Shown piece by piece: positions 59,241 through 64,000 of a stretch of DNA of 64,000 bases; the first letter of the stretch is position 1, and every line of letters begins with the position of its first letter. The position numbers and the translations under genes were made by a program. Source of the stretch: Vicinamibacteria bacterium (GTDB lineage Bacteria > Acidobacteriota > Vicinamibacteria > Marinacidobacterales > Marinacidobacteraceae); NCBI GenBank assembly GCA_965199715.1, contig OZ241322.1:32001-96000 (forward strand), read 5' to 3'. A model generated the notes under the pieces. It worked only from the letters and a program-made list of their open reading frames with translations. It did no database searches and was not told the DNA's origin.

Positions 59241-62200
59241 TCAGCCCAGCAGGCGCCGCAGCAGCGTCTCCGCGCGCTCCGCCGGAATCCCCCTCCTGAG
59301 CGCGTAGTCGCGCAACTGGTCCCGGCCGATCCGGCCGACGCTGAAGTACCGCGCTTCGGGGCTTCCGAAGTACATCCCGGCCACCGACGCGGCCGGATGG
59401 ATCGCGAAGTTCTCGGTGAGCGCGACCCCGATCCGCGCCGGGGCGTCCAGAAGCTCGAACACGTCGGCGAGGATTCCGAGGTCGGGCGTCGCGGGATAGC
59501 CGGGCGCGGGCCGGATCCCCTGGTACGCCTCCCGCAGCAGATCCTCGGGTGCCAGGTTCTCGTCGCGCCCGTAGCCGAGCGCGCGCCGCGCCTCCTGGTG
59601 GGTCTTCTCGGCGAGCGCCTCGGCCAGCCGGTCGCCGAGCGAACGCAGGAGCAGCGCGTCGTAGTCGTCTCCCTCCGCCGCCCGCACGAGATCGTCCAGC
59701 CCGGCGACGGTCACGGCGAACAGCCCGACCGTGTCCGCTTCGGAATCGAGGAAGTCGGCGGCGGCGAGGCGCGGGCCGGGCCGATCCTCCTGCTGGCGGA
59801 GCGTCGGGATGCGGCGAAGCGCCCGCTGCGGGTCCTCGGGATCGCGGACCTCGAGGTCGTCCCCGACCGAGACCGCCGGGAACAGCCCGAAGACCGCCTC
59901 GCCCGAGAGACCGTCCAGCCCCTCGAGCCGCGCCCGGGCGGCGTCGTGAAGCTCGCGGGCGGCGGGACCGGCGTAGGGGTGGTCGAGGAGCGCCGGGAAT
60001 GTTCCCCGGAACTGCCAGGCGTGGAAGAACGGCGTCCAGTCGATGTACGGGACGAGATCGACGACGGGAACGCTCCGCCGGCGGAACCCGAAGAACTCGG
60101 GGCGCACCGACTCCGCGCGCGCGAACCGGGGAGCGCGGGCGCGGGCCTCCTCGAGGCCCAGCAGCTTCGGCCGGGAGCGCGGGTCGCGCCGGCGGATCGC
60201 TTCCTGCTCGTCCCGGTTCCGTGCGACGAACGCGTCCCGGTCCGCGCCGAGGAGCGCCGCCGCCACCCCCGACGCCCGGGACGCGTCCGCCACGTGCACC
60301 ACCGGCGCGGCGCGCTTGGGGGCGATCCGCAGCGCCGTGTGGCGGACCGAGGTCGTCGCCCCGCCGATCAGCAGCGGCGTCGCGACCCCCCGGCGTTCCA
60401 TTTCTTCGGCGAAGCGCTCCATCTCGTCGAGCGACGGCGTGATGAGGCCGGAAAGCCCGATCAGCGAGGCCTCCGAGTCCAGCGCGGCGTCGAGGATCCG
60501 GTCCGCCGGGACCATGACCCCGAGGTCGTGGATCCGGTAGCCGTTGCAGGCCAGCACGATGCCCACGATGCTCTTGCCGATGTCGTGGACATCGCCGCGC
60601 ACCGTCGCGAGCACGATGGAGCCGCGCCGCGCGCCGGCGTCGGTCTCCATGAAGGGCTCGAGCGCGGCGACCGCCCGCTTCATCACCCGCGCGCTCTTGA
60701 CCACCTGAGGCAGGAACATCCGCCCGGCCCCGAACCGGTCGCCGACGACGCGCATCCCGTCCATGAGCGGCCCCTCGATCACCGCAAGCGCCTCGCCATG
60801 CTCGCCGAGCGCTTCCACGGCGTCCCGCTCCATGTGGTCGAGAACGCCTTCGAGGACCGCCCGGGCGAGCCGCTCGCCCACCGGCAGGTCGTCCCGCCGC
60901 TCGGCCTTGCGGCTGCGAAGCCGCGCCCGCGCTCCGGCGGCCGCCTCGACGAGCCGCTCCGTCGCGTCCGGACGGCGGGCGAGGAGCACGTCCTCCACCC
61001 GCTCGCGCAGCGCCTCGGGAATCGAGTCGATCGGTGGCAGCCTCCCGGCGTTCACGATCGCCATGTCGAGGCCGGCGGCGATCGCGTGGTGCAAGAAGAC
61101 CGAGTTCATGGCTTGGCGCACCGCCTCGTTCCCCCGAAACGCGAACGAGACGTTCGAGACTCCGCCGGAGAGCAGCGACCCCGGGCACGCCTCCCTGATG
61201 AGCGGCAGCGACGCGAGGAACTCCAGCGCGTAGCGGTCGTGCTCGGGAATTCCCGTGGCCACCGCGAGCACGTTGGGGTCGAGGATCACGTCCTCGGGCG
61301 GAAAACCGACGCGCTCGACCAGAAGGCGCGCCGCCCGCGCCGCGATCGCCGTCTTCCGCTCCCGGTCCACCGCCTGGCCCCGCTCGTCGAAGGCCATCAC
61401 CACTGTCGCGGCCCCGAACCGGCGCACCCGCTCCGCCGCCCGCAGGAAGGCGTCCTCGCCGTCCTTCAGCGAGAGCGAGTTCACGACGCACTTGCCGGGC
61501 GCCGCCCGAAGCCCGCGCTCCAGCACGCCCTGCCGCGAGCTGTCGATCATGATCGGGAGGCGGGCGACCTCCGGCTCCATCGCCACCAGCCGGAGGAACC
61601 GCTCCATCGCCGCCTCCGCGTCCAGAAGCGCGTCGTCCATGTTTACGTCGATGAGGTTCGCGCCGCTGCTCACCTGGTCCCGCGCGACCGCGAGCGCCTC
61701 TTCCAGCCGCTCCTCGCGGACGAGGCGGGCGAACTTGCGGGAGCCGGTGACGTTCGTGCGCTCGCCGATCACGAGGAAGCTGCCCTCGGGGCGCACGAGC
61801 GGCTCGGTCCCGGCGAGGCGGAGGCGGCGCGCGGGGCGGGGGACGCCGCGCGGCGGCACGTCCCGGACCGCCGCCCCGATCGCCTCGACGTGCTCGGGGC
61901 CGGTTCCGCAGCACCCCCCGACCGCATTCACGAGGCCGTCCCCGGCGAGGCTGCGTATCTCCCGGGCCATCGCCTCGGGGGTTTCGTCGTACTCGCCGAG
62001 CTCGTTCGGAAGCCCGGCGTTCGGCGCGAGCGTGATGGGAACCGCCGCCTCCCGCGCCAGATCCCGAACGAACGGGCGCATCGCCCCGGGGCCGAGCGAG
62101 CAGTTGATTCCGGCCGCCGTGACCGCGGCGTGGCCGACCGAGATCCAGAACGCCTCCGCGGTGTGCCCGGTCAGGTTCCGTCCGCTCCGATCGACCGCGG

Positions 62201-62825
62201 TGAACGAGACCACCAGGCCGGCGCGGCCCGGCGCCCGGTCGATGGCTTCGGTGGCGGCGTCCAGCGCCGCCTTCGCGTTCAGCGTGTCGAAGCAGGTCTC
62301 CACCAGAAGGACGTCGGCCCCGCCCTCGAGCAGCCCGGACGCCTGCTCTGCGTAGGAGTCGCGCAGCTCGTCGTAGCCCAGCGCGCGATGCGCCGGGTCG
62401 GCCACGTCGGGGGAGATCCCGAGCGTGCGGTTCGTGGGCCCCATGGAGCCGAGCACGAAGACCTCCGGCCCGCCCGCCCGCCGCGCCAGCGCCGCGCCCG
62501 CCCGGTTGATCTCGAACGCGAGGCTCGCCGCGCCGTAGTCGGCGAGCGAGATCGAGGTCGCGGTGAACGTGTTCGTGGTCAGCGCCTCGGCTCCCGCCGC
62601 GAGGTAGCGCCGATGCACCCCGAGCACCAGCTCGGGCCGGGTCAGGCAGAGCGCGTCGCCGAGGCCGGCGAGCGGCTGCGGGTGGTCGCGAAGCCGCTCG
62701 CCCCGATACCCCGCCTCGTCGAGCCGCTCCCGCTGGATCATGGTCCCGATCGCGCCGTCGATGAGCAGGATGCGCTGCGCCAGGGCGTCCAGCAGCGCCC
62801 CGTGGCGGTCGTCGCGAGCGGTCAT
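59241..62825 (-). CDS. metH: Cobalamin-dependent methionine synthase
   Basis: DGAIGTMIQ, GINCS, PNAGLPN, GGCCGT, IGERTNVTGS, MFLPQVVKSARVMK, DVHDIGK, RPAPGYPA. Confidence 0.96.
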   Translation of the reverse strand: MTARDDRHGALLDALAQRILLIDGAIGTMIQRERLDEAGYRGERLRDHPQPLAGLGDALCLTRPELVLGVHRRYLAAGAEALTTNTFTATSISLADYGAASLAFEINRAGAALARRAGGPEVFVLGSMGPTNRTLGISPDVADPAHRALGYDELRDSYAEQASGLLEGGADVLLVETCFDTLNAKAALDAATEAIDRAPGRAGLVVSFTAVDRSGRNLTGHTAEAFWISVGHAAVTAAGINCSLGPGAMRPFVRDLAREAAVPITLAPNAGLPNELGEYDETPEAMAREIRSLAGDGLVNAVGGCCGTGPEHVEAIGAAVRDVPPRGVPRPARRLRLAGTEPLVRPEGSFLVIGERTNVTGSRKFARLVREERLEEALAVARDQVSSGANLIDVNMDDALLDAEAAMERFLRLVAMEPEVARLPIMIDSSRQGVLERGLRAAPGKCVVNSLSLKDGEDAFLRAAERVRRFGAATVVMAFDERGQAVDRERKTAIAARAARLLVERVGFPPEDVILDPNVLAVATGIPEHDRYALEFLASLPLIREACPGSLLSGGVSNVSFAFRGNEAVRQAMNSVFLHHAIAAGLDMAIVNAGRLPPIDSIPEALRERVEDVLLARRPDATERLVEAAAGARARLRSRKAERRDDLPVGERLARAVLEGVLDHMERDAVEALGEHGEALAVIEGPLMDGMRVVGDRFGAGRMFLPQVVKSARVMKRAVAALEPFMETDAGARRGSIVLATVRGDVHDIGKSIVGIVLACNGYRIHDLGVMVPADRILDAALDSEASLIGLSGLITPSLDEMERFAEEMERRGVATPLLIGGATTSVRHTALRIAPKRAAPVVHVADASRASGVAAALLGADRDAFVARNRDEQEAIRRRDPRSRPKLLGLEEARARAPRFARAESVRPEFFGFRRRSVPVVDLVPYIDWTPFFHAWQFRGTFPALLDHPYAGPAARELHDAARARLEGLDGLSGEAVFGLFPAVSVGDDLEVRDPEDPQRALRRIPTLRQQEDRPGPRLAAADFLDSEADTVGLFAVTVAGLDDLVRAAEGDDYDALLLRSLGDRLAEALAEKTHQEARRALGYGRDENLAPEDLLREAYQGIRPAPGYPATPDLGILADVFELLDAPARIGVALTENFAIHPAASVAGMYFGSPEARYFSVGRIGRDQLRDYALRRGIPAERAETLLRRLLG

Positions 62826-62863
62826 TGGCGCCCGGAAGTGTAGGGGTAGGATTGCCGGGCGCC

Positions 62864-64000
62864 GTGAGCCGCATCCCCCTCCACCTTCAGGTCGTCATCG
62901 GCGCGGTCGCCGGAATCCTCGTCGGCGCGCTCGTGGGCGAACCGGCGTCCCTGCTCCAGCCGGTTGCGGATCTCTTCGTCCAGTTGCTGCGGATGATCAT
63001 CGCCCCGATGATCTTCCTCACGCTGGCGGTGGCCATCATCGGCCACGGGGCGCGGTCGGTTTCGGGCGTCGGCGTCCGGGCGGTCGCCTACAACCTCGTC
63101 ACGCTCTCGATCGCGCTCGCCGTCGGGATCGGCGTCGCCGCCGCGCTCGGCCCGGGCGAGGGTCTGGACGCCGCGACCCGCGCCTCGCTGGAGGGGAGCG
63201 GAACGGCTCCGGCGGTGACGGGCGAGCCCCGGTCGGCCCTCGACGTCCTCATCGGCGTCGTCCCGACGAACGTCTTCAGCGCGTTCGTGGACGGCGACGT
63301 CCTCCAGATCCTCTTCCTCGCGATCCTCTTCGGCGTGGCGGTGCGGGCGGTGGGGATCGACCGGTTGGACGGCCTCGTGCGCGTCGTGCGGGGCATGAAC
63401 CAGCTCGTGTACAAGGTGGTCCACTGGGTGGTGCTGCTCGCCCCGTTCGGCGTGTTCGCGATCCTCGCCGCGGTGGTGGGCCGCAGCGGGCTCGGCATCC
63501 TCGGCGCGCTCGCGTGGTACTGCGCCGTGGTCTTCCTCGCGATCCTCGCGCACGTCACGTTCGTCCACGTCGGCGCGGTTCGCGTTCTCGCCCGGCAGCC
63601 GCTCGGCAACTTCCTTCGGGCGCTGCGGGAGCCGCTTCCGATCGCCTTCGCGGCGGTCTCGACCGCGGCGGCGCTTCCGGCGTCCATGGTGGCCGTGCCG
63701 CGCGAGACCGGGATCACCGAGCGCGCCGCTGGGTTCGTGCTGCCGCTCGGGGCCGCCGCCGGACGCGATTCCAGCGGGATCTACCAAGTCGTCTCGGTGC
63801 TTTGCATCGCCCAGCTCGTGGGCCGCTCGCTCGACGGCCCCGAACTCTTCCTGCTGTGGGTGACCGCGATCCTCTCCTCGCTCGCGGTCGCGGCGGTGCC
63901 GGGCGCGAGCTTCGTGAACCTGACCATCCTGCTGGACGCCGTCGGCCTTCCGGTCACGCTCGCCGCGCTCGTGTTCGCGGTGGAGCGGCCGCTCGACCAC
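62864..64000 (+). CDS. Dicarboxylate/amino acid:cation symporter (3' end runs off the window)
   Basis: Manual translation from GTG 62864: VSRIPLHLQVVIG..., LLRMIIAP, PTNVF, LQILF, APFGVF, STAAALP, FVLPLG, VPG. Confidence 0.88.
   Translation, partial: MSRIPLHLQVVIGAVAGILVGALVGEPASLLQPVADLFVQLLRMIIAPMIFLTLAVAIIGHGARSVSGVGVRAVAYNLVTLSIALAVGIGVAAALGPGEGLDAATRASLEGSGTAPAVTGEPRSALDVLIGVVPTNVFSAFVDGDVLQILFLAILFGVAVRAVGIDRLDGLVRVVRGMNQLVYKVVHWVVLLAPFGVFAILAAVVGRSGLGILGALAWYCAVVFLAILAHVTFVHVGAVRVLARQPLGNFLRALREPLPIAFAAVSTAAALPASMVAVPRETGITERAAGFVLPLGAAAGRDSSGIYQVVSVLCIAQLVGRSLDGPELFLLWVTAILSSLAVAAVPGASFVNLTILLDAVGLPVTLAALVFAVERPLDH

Noticed and set aside
62826-62863. Possible cobalamin or SAM riboswitch before metH
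   Set aside because: The intergenic gap is only 38 nt, too short.
142-62874. Very long Arg/Pro/Gly-rich ORFs in the track (e.g. 58342-62874, 59397-62843, 17485-19899, 279-2261)
   Set aside because: Shadow or antisense frames of real genes; stop codons are rare at this GC content and no family motifs are present.

Overview
A gene-dense, very GC-rich (about 70% or more by eye) bacterial chromosome segment. An Acidobacteriota-like organism is inferred from the Oar-type TonB-dependent receptors, tandem CRTAC1/ASPIC proteins and many TPR proteins. Contents in order: an envelope module (TBDT, TonB_C-DUF1326 lipoprotein, TPR/DUF1028/FG-GAP operon); modABC behind a three-domain RidA lipoprotein; lysA; several signal-peptide-bearing hydrolases and a PLP enzyme; a decayed HTH-ImmA/IrrE + DUF4411 islet; accB-accC-thiE-folD-coaE; pyrG-kdsC; a 12-gene type IV pilus locus; menG/ubiE; tat genes; an S41 protease-HEAT-TPR operon; an aldehyde dehydrogenase / kinase-M23-aminotransferase operon; msrA; a ferredoxin remnant; metH; and a symporter. 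I saw no rRNA, tRNA, CRISPR array or transposase. Most long ORFs in the supplied track are GC-rich shadow frames, so I re-picked start codons by hand. Best leads: (1) a conserved multi-block cis-element starting exactly 61 nt before the ATG of both pilus operons; (2) a single-chain triple-RidA lipoprotein; (3) a TonB C-domain/DUF1326 lipoprotein beside a TBDT; (4) a PilW-like pilin with a Lys-rich insert; (5) a -10/GGGGC/9-codon uORF coupled to pyrG. All family assignments come from motif recognition; no database searches were run.
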